In this document: positions 1-12,576 of the stretch, piece by piece
How the letters are laid out: each line of letters begins with the position of its first letter
How positions within the stretch are numbered: position 1 is the stretch's first letter
NCBI GenBank assembly: GCA_004431415.1
Contig: QPMI01000278.1
Span: forward strand, 38,581 to 102,580
DNA: 64,000 bases
Source: Cyanophora paradoxa CCMP329
Lineage: Eukaryota > Plantae > Glaucophyta
Direction: 5' to 3'
Notes under the pieces: model-generated
Seen by the model: the letters and a program-made list of their open reading frames with translations, nothing else
Told to the model about the DNA's origin: nothing
The model's database searches: none
Made by a program: the position numbers and the translations under genes

Positions 1-35
1 GAACGCAAGGGAACAGCGCCCTTGCGGCGGACAGA

Positions 36-3000
36 GTGACAAGCGGAACGTGCAAGAACACGAGCAAGCCCCGAGAATTAGCTAGCCAGACGACACCACA
101 GAGGGCGATGCATGTAAAACCGCTGAACTTAACTGAACTAGCGCTAGTACTAGCGATCCTACTGGCAATGGTGCAGGGAACCGCAGCAGCGCAGGGACTA
201 GCCAAAGGTACGGTCTTCCCGAGCCTCGCGACGGGACTGGTGGCATCTTTCCTGGGCGGGGCAGCAAGGATCAAGGTACAGCTCAACGGTCAGGAGGCGG
301 CGAAAGCGCTACAGGGACGCCTCCGGCTGCTCACCAGGAACGTCTGCTCGTTCACGGACGCGAAGCGCAGCGCCCTCCCCCGCATGGCCGAGGCGTACGG
401 ACTCGACGCAGTAGCCCTCCAGGAGATCAACCTACCCTGCCTGCGCGGGGGCAGGCCAAATCAGTGGGAAAAGATGCTGAACGCGGGGGACGAGAAGGGG
501 ATCGGGCCCTACTTCACGTCCGGCCCCCCGGCGGACAAGGAAGGCGCGCGACACAAGAAAGGAGCCCTGCTATGGATCTCGAGGCGCTGGCGCCCCTACG
601 CGAAGGTCACGCACCGAATCCCGGGTCGCCTGGTAGCCGTCAAGCTTGAGCTCCCGAACTTCAGACAAGTGCATCTGGTCTCGGTGTACGTGCCGCCGGA
701 TAAGAACGAGAACGCGCAAACGAAAGCAGATTACGAACAGATCATGAAGACGCTGCAGGAGCTGCACGAGCAGGTCGATCTTGACCCCTACCCCCAGCCG
801 CTCATCGTGATGGGCGACCTGAACTCGGTCGCGGAAAGGACGAAAGACAGGATCAGCGCGGGAAGGTGGGCGACGCCGGCGGGAGCTGATCACTACGCAG
901 AAGACCTATGGGCCAGAGTCGAGGAATGGGGGTGGAAAGACGCCTACCGGGTCGCGCAGCCGAACGCGAAGGAAGTGACGTACATCCGGGGCTCGACGGA
1001 GGGCGTGCCGGACGAGATCGAAACGGGGAGCAGAATTGACGTGATCCTGCTGAACGGGCCGGCGGCCGCAGACGGGCTGCGGGCGGGCATCGAAGTCGAG
1101 CGAGCCAACGAGTACATGGAATCGGATCACCTGCCGATGATGGCGGACATCGACCTGACCGCCAACCTGCGCATGTTCGGGCCGGGCGCGATCAAACACA
1201 AAGACCGGCCACCCAGGTACAACTTCAAATCGCTGTACGGACCAGGGGAAGCGAAGAAGGAGGCGAGGGCGGAGTACTACGGGATCCTAGAGGAGTACCT
1301 GAAGCCCGTATTAGACAAATACAAAAAGATTGAGAGGCCGAAGAGCGAAGAGGAGTGGAGGGCCTTACCGGAAGCCGCGAAACAGAAGCTAATCAAAGCG
1401 GCGGACGAAGCGTACAAAGAACTGGCCGAGGAGACGGGCCGGGTGGCGGTGGAAGTAGGCTGCGCGGAAATCTTCAGCGCGCGCGACCCGGACAAGCCCC
1501 CCACGATCGCGCGACGGCACAACATGAGCCTAAAGATGCGAAAGCTGAGACGGGCCTGGCACCGGCTGCAGCCAGAGGTCCGACTCGCGCGCCTGCAAGC
1601 GGTCAGCACAAGCCTCCCGGCCGGCCCCCTCCCCCAACCCCGCGCACCGACGGCAGAATGGCAGTACTGGCACGAAGCGCTCGGGGCGGCCATCAACCGA
1701 CTGCGCCGGGAAATCCCGAAGGAGTACAAAAAGCTGAAGACGAAGAAGCGCGCGGAGTACCGGGACAAGACGAGGGAGTGGTTCAAGACGGACCCTGGCA
1801 GGTACTGGCAGGCGACGATGGGCAAAAGCACGGGGATCGTGCCCTTCGAAACGCTTGTCGAAGAAGTACCCGACCATAAAAGGCCACAAGTCCTAGCAGA
1901 TGCCCCGTCAGTGCGCGGACGCCTAAAAGAGTACTTCGAAGAGTACTGGGGAAAGCGGGATCCGAAGATCGACCAAACCCTCAAAGAGAAGCGACTATGG
2001 AAGCACATGTACAAGACCAAGACCCACCTGAAATACGAGGGAGCGATGGACGCGCCGCGATGGGCAGAGTACAACGAGAAAAGGCGAACGCTGAAGCCGA
2101 CGGCCCCCGGAGACTCGAACCTGCAGAACTCGCAGATCAAGAGCTGGCCGGAGGAGAGCGCCCCTAACGAGCTGCTCTACCTCATCATCTGCGACGCAGT
2201 CCGCCTGAGAAGGACGCCCGACTCGTGGAACAAGGCGACAACGGTCGGAATCAGCAAGATCCCAACGTGGGACGGAAAACTGACGAACGTACGGCCCATC
2301 ACGTTGCTTGAGGTGGGGGACAAGCTCATGAAGGGGATACTGGCGGACCGCCTCCAGGACATGCTCGTGAAGCAAGGCGCGCTCAAGGGCCAGAACTCGG
2401 GCTTCCTGAAAGGAAAAACGACGGAGGACCCCCTCTTTATCCTGCAGGGAATCCTAGAGGACGCGCACCAGTACGACAAGGAACTGTACGTCATCCTCCA
2501 GGACATCCGTCGGGCCTACGACACGGTCAGCTGGGAGAGCATGGAGCTCGCATTCCGCAGGCTGAACATACCCGAGGAATATATAGAGCTGCACCGGTTC
2601 TCGCACATGAACAACCGCACGAAGATACGAACGGTGCACGGAACGACGGAGGAATTCAGGAGGGAAGTGGGGCTCGCCCAGGGTGCAGTTGAGGCGCCAC
2701 TTCACTGGCTCATCTTCTACGACCCCTGCTGCACGCTCAGGACTTCGTGGCGAACAAGATGGGGGGAACGCTCGGGCCGTACGAGATGAACCGAGGAATC
2801 GCGAAGGTGACGCACACGGCCTTCGCGGACGACACGCACTGGATTGCCAAGAGCCGCGAGGGAATCGCGGAGAGGGCCCGCCTCGCCAGCGATTTCTGCG
2901 ATATGCACGATATCGAGATCAGCGCCGAGAAAACGCGATACGTGACACGCAACTCGAAGTCGAGCCCGAAATACGGGCCCACGATGAACGCACCGGAGAT

Positions 3001-6000
3001 CGGCAAGGAAGGGAAGCAGATCAAACGAACAATGAGCGAGAACGACCCGCTCAAGGTTCTCGGCGTGTTCATGACAGTCGACCTCGACAGCCGACCCCAG
3101 ATCGACTACATGAAGGAGAAGCTGCGAGCGACCGCGGCCGTGCTCAGAACAAAGACAGTGTTCGAGGAGGAGAGCGTGTACCTGGTGAACACGCTGGTGC
3201 AGGGATTCCTACGCTACGCGGTGAAGATGGCGAAGCTCAGCGATGCAGACGTCGACGAGCTGGAGCGCACCTGGCGGTCGGTAGTTAAACACCACGCGGA
3301 GCTGAGCAAAAGCGTAACAAACGATATGATGACGTCGCCGGCGCCCTACGGCCTGTTCAACCTTCGCGCGCTGCAGCTCGAAGAACAGCTGACGACGCTG
3401 CTGGCGCAGCTGCGCGACACGAACAGCTTAGTGGGGAAGGTACGCATGGAGCGGCTACTGGCCCTCAAAGAGGCAATGGGAACCAACCTGAATCCGCTGG
3501 AGCAGACGGAGCTGGCCCGGTACCTTCAGAAAGAGCACCTGATGGCGCACACGATACACGTGGCGGGGCGCGCGGGGTACACGATCAAGACCACCCACCC
3601 GGACCTCGCCCCGGCCGCACCGGCGGACACGATTCAGAGCCACGTCCCGTCGCGCGACTACGCGAAGATGGCTCCCCACTTAATGGAGCGGGGACTCCTC
3701 CACGTAGCGCAGGTGAGGGCGCCGAATGGGACCCACCTCCTGCCCTGGAAGACCTGGGAAAAGGCAAGATCACGAGCGTGGAGCGAACCAGAATGGTACA
3801 GGCTCCTCCGAACGAACCTCTGCAAGGAGGGGGGCACGGAACTCAAACAAAGCCTGCGAGCGGCCGCTACGCAGTCAGTCTTCGCCAAGGGACACGACAT
3901 CCGACCTGGCACCTTCGCCCTGGTAGCCAACGACACACCAGGAAACGAAGAACTCGCGCTAGTAATGAGCACGAGGACGGACTCGAACGGAACGCAAGTT
4001 GCGCGCATCGCGCACTACGTACCCCGTGACAAGAACATTCAGGCAAACACGATCTGGGAAAAGTGCGACGGAACGTGCTGCTGGGCGAGGGAAGCGGACC
4101 CGGCGGACCCCGAAGTACGCAGCATGAACTTTGACCCCGAGACCTGCGAGTACGATGAGAGAGTAAAGGCGCTCTTCCCACTGTGGGGCGTCCGGTACGA
4201 ACGTCAGACGGAAACCGACAGAGACGAGGAGCGGCCGCCGCGGGTGCGCCTGCCCCCCGAGACCGAGGAGCTGAACGCCTGGAGGACGGGCGGGATGGAG
4301 GCGATAGAATCAGATCGCGAATCGGACATGAGCGAGGATCCCGGAGGCCCACCAAGGCCCGACGACGTAGACCCGCCGCAGGCGCAGGCTGCAGGGAGAA
4401 GCCGGTACCAACTGCGAGCCCGCGCAGCCCCAGTCAAGGAAGGGAAACGGGTGCAGAAGCAAAGCAAACGGAGACGGGTACAGCCGACCGCCAAGCGAGA
4501 GAGAGGGACGGAAGAGAACGACACTCGGGAGCAGACAGCGGCCGCCCCCGAGCCGGAGGATCCCGCCGAGACCGGAGACGAAGAGGAGGAAGCGGGCCCC
4601 GAAGCGCTGCTGGGAGCGACGATATGGCAGATCTACGAGATGCGTAAGGAAGCCATCCTGGAAGCGGGTACAGAAGGGATGCAGACCCGGATCGCCGAAC
4701 GCGAAGGACAGGAGGAGTACCGGATCGACTCCGACGGATCAACCTTCGACCTGGGCAAGGCCGGTAAGGCGAGAGCGGGGTACGCCGTATACGACCCTCA
4801 GGAACCGCACATGCAGTACGGTGGGAGGCTGCGAGGGCAGCTGTCCAATTATAAAGCCGAGCTACACGGGGCCATACTCGCGACGCTGATCGCACCGCTC
4901 AACAAGACGGTGAGGGTACACTGCGACAACCTCTCCGTCGTACGGAACTTCGCCACCCGGGTGCGATACTACAGGCGGAAGTCAGCGCGCAAAGACACAC
5001 GGGATAGCTACGAAGCAGAGTACCGGCTGTGGCGCGCGGTGATGGAGCTCCGCGGGGCAGGAAGGCGGGAGGACGCAGGAGTGGAAGTAGTGTGGGTGCC
5101 GGGCCACGACCCCAACGACGAGATCCACAAGGAAGTCGACCTGCGCGCGAAGGCAGCAGCGAACATGCCCCTCATCAACCCCACCACCGGCGAGCACATG
5201 ACGTACCGGGCCGACGTACTCGTACCCCCCGAGTCCACGGGCTTCGAGCTCATCCACCAGGGCGAGCGGGTTGAGATCGACCCCTGCAGATACATCAGAA
5301 TGCAACACGCGGTGCGGAGCTTCGTCAAGTGGACTCAACTGAGACGGACGGGCGAAGCCCTGCGGGACGCGCTCGGAAGCCCCAAGCAAGCGCTCGAGCT
5401 GCTGAGCGTCAAGTACTGGCACCGCAAGATAAGCGGTTACAGGCACAAGTGGCGGGCGCACGGCGTGAAGGCGCTGATCGACGGGCTGCCACTGATGCCC
5501 GAACGCCTGCGCGACCGCCCGGACCTATACGAGGGGAAGTCAGAAGGGGAGTGCCTGCGGTGCGCCGCGAGCGAGGCCAAACCCAAGGAGACGCTGCGCC
5601 ACTACCTGATCGAATGCCCCAGCCTGCCCACCGCTCACGCCCGCATCCAGAAAGCAGTTGACGAGGAGTTCCTGAAACTGTACGACAAGAAGGTCGTGGG
5701 GGCGGCGCGCAGAGCGCTCGACGCAGCTGAGGAGGCGAAGGAGCGGGCAGAACGGTCAGAGGGCTCCGAGCAGGCCCCGAACGCCCAGGCCCGAAAGCGC
5801 AAGGCGGCGCACCTCGAGCAGCCAACCAAATCGGTGGAACAGGCGAGCCTCGACCTAGAACGCGTCTACAAGGCGCGCCCGGTAGCCGAGAAGAGCCTGT
5901 CGGCGAGAATGCGGTGCTACGACTTCAGCCGGAGGTACGCGCACGCGCCGGAGGCGGGCAATAGCTATCCGGGCGCATGGCACGACATGCAAGGCGAGCA

Positions 6001-6631
6001 CAAGGGTTGGCGCAGCGCGCACGACCTGGATCACATGCGAGTACTCCAGGGCCTGCTGCCGAACGACATGGACAGAGTCTTAGTCGACCTGGGATTCGCC
6101 GAAGCAGAGACCATACCGGTCTGCCGGCAGCTGGCGGAGACGGTGCTCACGGAAGTACACAGCGAGATCTGGAAGCCGAGAAGCAAAACAACGAGCAAGC
6201 ATGAGTCCCGAGTGTGGGGGATCACGCAGGGAAGCAAGCGCGCACCGAAGGGGAACCGAGCACCGACGGTTGGCAGCGAGGCCGACCCAGATGCTGCAGG
6301 AGGACATCCCGAGGACGCTGCTGGAACGCCGAGCGCGGCAGAGGTCGGGGGAGCGACAGCGATGCAAGAAGCGGAGAATGAGAACCGGCCGGATTCGAAC
6401 CCGCCCGACCAGACTCGAATTCGAAAGCGAAAACGCGAACTCGAATCGCACCGTATCGCGGCGCGGGAACTCGATCGGATACGCGGGGAGGGCCACTGCG
6501 ACCACTGCCACGAATACCACGCCCCGGGGACAGCGTGCCACGAGACAGCAGTAGTGGAAACGCTCGCGGCGCGAGCTTTCAAGAACTACCTGAGGTACGG
6601 AGACATGGGGCGACTGCCTAAGGTATCGTAA
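36..6631 (+). CDS. LINE ORF2 polyprotein (APE-RT-RNase H-CCHC), split by one frameshift near 2725
   Basis: ORFs 36..2789 and 2747..6631 join if one C is added to gacccctgctgc, giving FYDPLLHAQDFVANKM...FADD. Single-base loss in a C run (mutation or sequencing error). Confidence 0.9.
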
Positions 6632-6641
6632 ACAAAGCGAC

Positions 6642-6716
6642 TAGGGTCCGGCCGAGCCGCTGGAAACAGCGGCGCGTGGGGAGGGGGGCAACCCCCTCCC
6701 TGCCTGGCCGGACCTA
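6642..6716 (+). other. Predicted three-way-junction RNA in the LINE 3' UTR with two GNRA tetraloops
   Basis: P1 ggtccggcc(6645-6653)/ggccggacc(6706-6714); P2 gccgctg-GAAA-cagcggc (6656-6673); P3 gggaggggg-GCAA-ccccctccc (6679-6700). Confidence 0.8.
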
Positions 6717-6737
6717 TCCGAGCAAATTTTTTTTTTT

Positions 6738-8794
6738 GCCGGGCCCGTCGTCGTCGCCGGCGGCTCCAGCCGCCCCGGGGGCGGGGGCGGCGGCGTCGAC
6801 CACGGCGCGTGCAGCGGCGTCGCCACCGGCGGCGGGGCGGCCGGCGGGGCCGGGCCGGGGCGGGGCGGCGTGGCGGGCGGCGCGGCCTCCGCCTCGTCGG
6901 GAGGGGCGCGCCAGCCCTCGTGCGGCTGCCCCGCGTCGTTTACACGGGGCTCCGGACGGGCGGAGGCGGCGGGGCGCACGGGGAGGGGAAGACGTCGGGC
7001 GGGGAGGGGCGCGGGGCCTCGGGCAGCCCCTCCACGCTCTCCCGCACCTGCGCGGCGCGCCCCGCCGGCTCAGCCGGGGAAGGCGCCGGGCGAGGGGCCA
7101 GCAAAGCGCACGAGGGGCATGACGGGGCGGGCCGGAGAGCCCGGGCGTGCGGGGCGCGGTGCGGGCGGGGCGGGGGCGGGGCGGGCGGGCGGCGAGGAGG
7201 GCGGCGAGGCGGGCGACCTCGCGCTCGAGCAGCGGCACCTGTGGAGCCGCTCGCGCACGGCGAGCGAAGCCGGCGAGCGGGCGGGCGGGCGGCGCACGCG
7301 GTGGACGAGGGCGCGGGCGTCGGGGGCCGGCCCCGCCGCGGCGGCCGTCCGGCGGTCGGCGGCGGCCTGGCGGGCGAGCTGCGGGGCCGTCAGGGGCGTG
7401 CGGGGGGCGTGCGGGGGACGGGGCGGGGCGGGCGGCGTCGAGGTCGCGGCGGATGTCGCAGGCCTGCTCGTGGAGCGCCTGCACCAGGTCTGCGCCCCGC
7501 CCCGCCCCCTCGGCCCCGCACGGCGGCCACGGGCGGGCCCCGGGGGCGGCGGGGCGGACCGCCGAGGTTGGCGTAGCCGGCGTTGAGCTCGAGGACCTCG
7601 CGCTGCGTCGACTGCACCGCCAGCCGCGCGTCCCGCGCCTCCCGCACCGCCCACGCCACCTCCCACGACAGCGTCTCCCGCACCGCCTCCGCCTCCCGCC
7701 CCGCCGCCTCCGCCGCCCGCTCCGCCCGCGCCGCCGCCTCCGCCGCCCCGCGCGCCTCCGCCGCGACCTGCCGCAGCGCCTCCCGCAGCGCCGCCGCCCG
7801 CTCGGCCTCGTCCGCCGCATGGCCCGCCCCGACGGCCACCGCCGCCTGCTCGCCCGGCGGCGGCGCATGCGGCGGCTTCGCGCTGGGCGGCCGCGGCGCC
7901 GGCGGCATGGAGGCGCGCCGCTCGGGGCGGTTGGCCGCCGGGTCCCACGGCGCGCGCCCGGCCGCCGCGTCCCGCAGGTGCAGCCGCGGGGCGGTCGCCG
8001 CGATGGAGCGCGCCGAGGCCGCCGGCGTCGCCCCGCCCTCGTACGCGTGGCCCGCCAGCAAGCGAGCCCCGGCCAGCGGCGCAGGAGAGGCTCCCGGTGT
8101 CTGGCACGCGCGTGGAACGAAAAGAAGATCACGGGATCGCGGCGGGGCGCACGGAGGGGCCTGGCGAGGGCGCGAAGGAGGCGGGGGTGGCGGGCCCGGT
8201 GCGGGGCTTGAGCGGCGACGGCGAGATGTTGAACGCCCGCACCTGCGCGAGGATGAGCGGGCGAGCGGGCGAGTGGTCGCGGGGCGCGGCGCGGCGGCGC
8301 ACGAAGTCGCGGCGCTCGACGAGGCCGTCGCGGTTCGAGTCCAAGGAGCGCAGCAGCTCCTCCAGCTGCTCCGGCGCCGCCGACGGGAACATCGAGCTGC
8401 ATATATCGCGGAGGAGGGCAACGGGGACGTGGCGCTGCGTCCCCGCCTCCTGAAACAGCCTCCTGCCGGCCAGTCGCCCCCGAAAGCTCGACGAGTGCAA
8501 CAGAAACCTCGTCACCCTCACGCACCTCACGAACGGAGGCAGCTCGTCGATCTCGACGTCGTCGTCTGAATCCTCCAGCTCCTGCGCGCCGCCGCGTGAA
8601 GAAAGCCAATATTCGGAGCGCCGAGGCATCGACAGCGACATTTCGCGGTTTTCAAAACGCGAGCGGGATAATGCGGGAACCTGCGCCTTCAACCGAGCAA
8701 AGTCTTCGTCGCCCAGCGAGCCCCGCGCGCGCTCAATCGACGGCGCCGGCGACCCGCGCGCGCGCTCAGCCGGCGTCGACGGCATTGAAGGCAT
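6738..8794 (-). CDS. Spliced EF-hand / coiled-coil protein, apparently interrupted at its 3' end by the LINE
   Basis: EF-hand loop LEELLRSLDSNRDGLVERRDF and a coiled-coil exon (EAERAAALREALRQV...VQSTQREVLELNAG). No stop codon before the LINE junction. Confidence 0.6.
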
Positions 8795-9053
8795 CGAACG
8801 CAGGCGGTGGTGCTGGAAGACAGATGTGATGATGAGCTGCGCGGCGCAACGGGGGTGAGGAATTCGAAGAGCAAGCGCGAGATGCGTTCACGGCCACATA
8901 AGCGCATGCAACCCGCTCCAGACATCTCGCGCACCCTTTCCGAGGTGCCCGAAGCGCCGTACGGCGGCGCGGGATGGCCCGCCTCCATCGCTTCCTTTTA
9001 ATGCGGCACCCCCCCGGCCCCCCAGGCCCCAGGGCCCAGGAGAGCACCGAGAG

Positions 9054-9125
9054 CAGGCCAGGTCAGGCCTGCCAGGCAGGTCAGGCCTGCCAGGCCGGGC
9101 AGGCCCTGCCAGGCCAGGCCAGGCC
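9054..9125. repeat. Degenerate CAGGC(C) microsatellite in a divergent promoter
   Basis: Repeated caggcc/caggtc/caggca units between two divergently transcribed genes. Confidence 0.7.
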
Positions 9126-9177
9126 GCCGTGAGGCATTGGAGGGCAGAACCGGCGCCAAGATGTCAGCGCGCCTGCA

Positions 9178-11099
9178 ATGCTGGTGGGTCCGGCTCTGCG
9201 GTCGCTTGGCCCGCCTCCGCGCCTCGGAGGGTCCCGATCTGAGGCCGTGTTATCGCCACAGCACGGCAATGCCGGATACTCTGTCATCCAACCGGGGATG
9301 GCGGGGCCGCCGGGGTGAGCCGCGGGATTCGAGACCCAGCGCCGCGTCTTCGAACGCGGTATCCGACCCGCCCGGCAGGTTCGACGCCGCGCAGGCGAAG
9401 TCGCTGTACATCGGCAACCTCTACCCCAATGTCAGCGAGGCTCTGCTCTATGACCTTTGCGCGACCTTCGGATCAGTTGAGAATGTCAAGCCGATAAAAG
9501 ACAAAGCGGTTTGCACGCCCGCTGCGCTAAGAAGGCGGCGATGGAGATGCAGCGTCGCTGACGTGCGCCGCGCCGCGCGAGGAAGACCGGCAACAGTTCC
9601 GGCTACGGGTTCGTGGACTTCTACGATAATACCACAGCGGGGCTCGCCTTGCAGGCGCTGAACGGGCGATACGTCTACGGATATGTGCGTTCTGCAGTTT
9701 CGCGTCGCGCCGGCCGCCTCCCGCCCGCGTTATGACCGCCGCGGGTCGCAGGACCTGAAAGTGAACTGGGCCTTCGCCGGCGGGCAGCGGGAGGACACCT
9801 CGGGTGCGTCGCCGGCCTCCCACTCGCTCCGCGGCGGGGAAGGAACGGGCGGGGGCGGGGCAGGCCACTTCCACATCTTCGTGGGGGATCTGAGCTCGGA
9901 CGTGGACGACCGGGCGCTCTTCGGCTCCTTCCAGCAGTTCGGCTCCATATCGTGCGCGCCCCGCCGCCTCTCTCCGCCTGCGCGGGGCCGCCCGCTCTGA
10001 GGCGCGGGGCCGGCGGCACAGAGACACGCGGGTGATGTGGGACCAGGCGACGGGCCGCTCCCGGGGCTACGGCTTCGTCGCCTTCCGGCTGAAGGAGGTG
10101 CCTCGTACCCCGGCGACGACCGCGGGGCGCGGCGGCGCTGAGGCGCCCGGCAGGACGCGGAGCGGGCGATCGAGAAGATGAACGGGGAGTGGGTGGGGAC
10201 GCGGCGCATCCGCGTGAACTGGGGCAACAACAAAGCGGGGGACGGGCGGCAGACGGGGGACACGCAGGACTACGCGAGCGTGGTGGCGGCGGCGCCGTCG
10301 ACGAACGCCACGGTGTACGTGGGGAATCTGCCCCCCGAGGTCTCCGAGCAGAACATCCGCTCCGTCTTCTCCGGCGCGCCCGCTCGCACGCCTGCCCGCC
10401 GCGAGACGTTTTTGCGGGGCGGGGGGTGACGGTGCGCGGCGGGGCGGGGCGCAGAGAACGGGTTCAACGACATCCAGGACATCCGCATCCAGGCCGACAA
10501 GGGCTTCGCATTCGTCAAGGCCCGCCCCGCCCCCGGCCCCAGCCCCGCGCTCCTTTTCCTTCCTTTCTCTCCTCTCTGAGGGGCGCGGCAGATGGGGGAC
10601 CACGAGCGCGCCGCCCGCGCCATCGTCGCCATCCACGGCCGCACCATCGCCGGCCGCTCCGCCCGCGTCCGCCCCGCCCCGCTCCGCACCGCCTTGCCCT
10701 GCCCCCCGGCCGCTTAGTCTCTCGCCCGGCGGCGCAGTGCTCGTGGGGCAAGGAGAAGCTCGGGCCGGCGACCTTCCCCAGCGGCCCGCCGCCGCCGGGC
10801 GCCTACACAACCACCGTCGCATCCCCCGGCGTGGCCTCGTACCCCTCGGGGGGCTACTCGGTGCCGCCGGGGGCGTACGACGCGCAGGCGGCGGGGGCGT
10901 ACGACCCGCAGACGGCCGCCGCCTACGCCGCGTACTACGCGCAGGTGCGCCCCGGCCCGCCCCGCCCGCCCCCGGCGCCCCCGCTGAGCCGCGCGTGCAG
11001 TACTACCCCCAGTACGCGCAGTACGCCGCCTACTACGCGGCGGCCGGTGCGGGGGACCCCGCGCAGAGCCAGGGCCCGCCGCCGCCCCCGAGCAAGTAG
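9178..11099 (+). CDS. UBP1: Triple-RRM oligouridylate-binding protein (UBP1/TIA-1/Pub1 family)
   Basis: Spliced reading [17 protein letters not shown]...GYGFVDF...LKVNWA...[10 protein letters not shown]...[19 protein letters not shown]...RRIRVNWG...TVYVGNL...KGFAFV...CSWGK, followed by a Y/A/Q-rich tail. Confidence 0.92.
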
Positions 11100-11770
11100 C
11101 CCCCGCGGCCCGTGCCACGCCCTCCACTTCCCGAGGCCCCCGCCCCCGCACCCTCCCCAGCTCCGCCTTTCGGCGCCCGCCCGAGCCTCTCTCCCCCGGC
11201 TCCCTTCCCCAGGGCCCGACCTGCCAAAGACCTCCTATGCCCTCCCCGCCGCGCACCCTCCGCCTCCGCATCTCCACCGCGCCCGCCCCGGCCCTGCCGT
11301 CGCCGTGGCACCACCCCGCCCCTCCGCCCTACGGGCCTCACGCCCCGTCTTCCAGCCCTTGAGAGACAGCATCCGACATCGATTGTCACAAAGCCATCAT
11401 ATTAACTTGCAGTGCGATGTTCCGAAGTTCCATGTATTCATCAACCCACTACCGTGCATTCAGCCCGCCGGCGCCATGCATCCCATGCTCTCAGTTCCAG
11501 TGCACGGGGTCCACCTGGCTTGGCATCACTGAGTCATCAGGACTCAGTGACTCCGAGGGGGGATGAAGCCGAGGTCGGGGGTACATTGGAGCCTCGGAGG
11601 CATTACCAGCGATCAACTTCCATAGCATGCGCACACATATCTTCTGAAGTTCTCAGAGCAAGGACTAGCCTCGTGCGTCGTGTCTGCACACTGGCACCAC
11701 GATAGCGCTCTCGTTCACTACTTTGGTCCTCTGCATCATTGCATGCTCTGCAAATGGATCCTCTGGGCGT

Positions 11771-12576
11771 CTTCCAAAATCTGGCTTCCGAAGTTCAGCC
11801 AGTGCCGACGCTAGCGCTGTGGTATTGGCAGAAACGTGAAGGAAACGATGGTCCAGACTATGACTCAGTGAACGGAACAGGGGCACTGTGACACTGCTGT
11901 CGCAGCGGCCCTGCTGGAGGGGAAGGACCCGTGACCTCTAAGTTCTGAGCAGGAAAGGGCAGGTTTAGCTGTAGCCTAGTAGGTTACAATTACGTACTAC
12001 CGTAGTACGGTACACACAGTAGAATTTGAGCAGGCCTAGGCACGCAATGCTTCCTCTGATATCGATCATGAGACTTGGAAGCCTTGAAGGGGGGCGACAT
12101 GCTGAAGACGATATCGATGCTCTGCCCTATTCTATCCTATACGATGGGGGGGGCGGGGGGGGGGGGGGGGGGAGGGGGAGGGAGGGGCCGGGAGGAGGGC
12201 TCTTGTGGGCTGGGTGAAGCCTCTTGAAGAGAAAGGAAAGAAGAGAGGGGTGGAAAAGGGTCTCGGAGGCCAATGAATTGAAGCTAGCTGTCTCGGCCCG
12301 AGTGCCCGCCGCTAGACCACCACCACCGCCGCCTGGAGCGCGAGGAAGCGTGCGATGAAGATACATCCGAGCTCTGCCCGGTCCGATTTCCGAAAGGCTT
12401 AGTCCCCGTAGGCTTATCTCTCGACTTGACACAGATGGACACCTTAGTTATATCTCTAGCCATTTGTCTCGGTGTGTGCGAATTCATTTATAAAGGGCCT
12501 CTTCCAAAATCTTGCTTCAGCCAGTGCCGCTGTGGTATTGGCAGAAACGTGAAGGAAACGATGGTCCAGAATATGA
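11771..12576. repeat. Dispersed degenerate repeat pair (~11771-11866 and ~12501-12576)
   Basis: Shared core gctgtggtattggcagaaacgtgaaggaaacgatggtccaga, plus upstream cttccaaaatct. Confidence 0.8.

Larger units (their letters stand above)
1..6737 (+). mobile_element. Non-LTR retrotransposon (LINE) with APE endonuclease, RT, RNase H and Zn knuckle; 5' part probably outside window
   Basis: A-rich, intronless stretch. APE motifs (TRNVCS, ALQE, MGDLNS, SRIDVIL, SDHLP), RT motifs (VRPITLLE, QDIRRAYDTVSW, GLAQG, FADD), RNase H motifs (DSDGS, NYKAELHG, HCDN, WVPGH, EVDLRAK) and CLRC..ETLRHYLIEC. Structured 3' UTR followed by a T11 run. Confidence 0.95.

Noticed and set aside
2715-2750. Programmed frameshift in the LINE RT
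   Set aside because: No slippery heptamer, and it falls in the middle of the RT core; a single-C deletion or sequencing error is simpler.
6642-6716. Hammerhead or HDV ribozyme
   Set aside because: The junction lacks the CUGANGA/GAAA core (GAAA is a terminal loop), and no HDV-type pseudoknot is evident.
12146-12195. G-run as a functional quadruplex
   Set aside because: Such runs are common throughout this window (e.g. ~54755, ~57580); no specific evidence.
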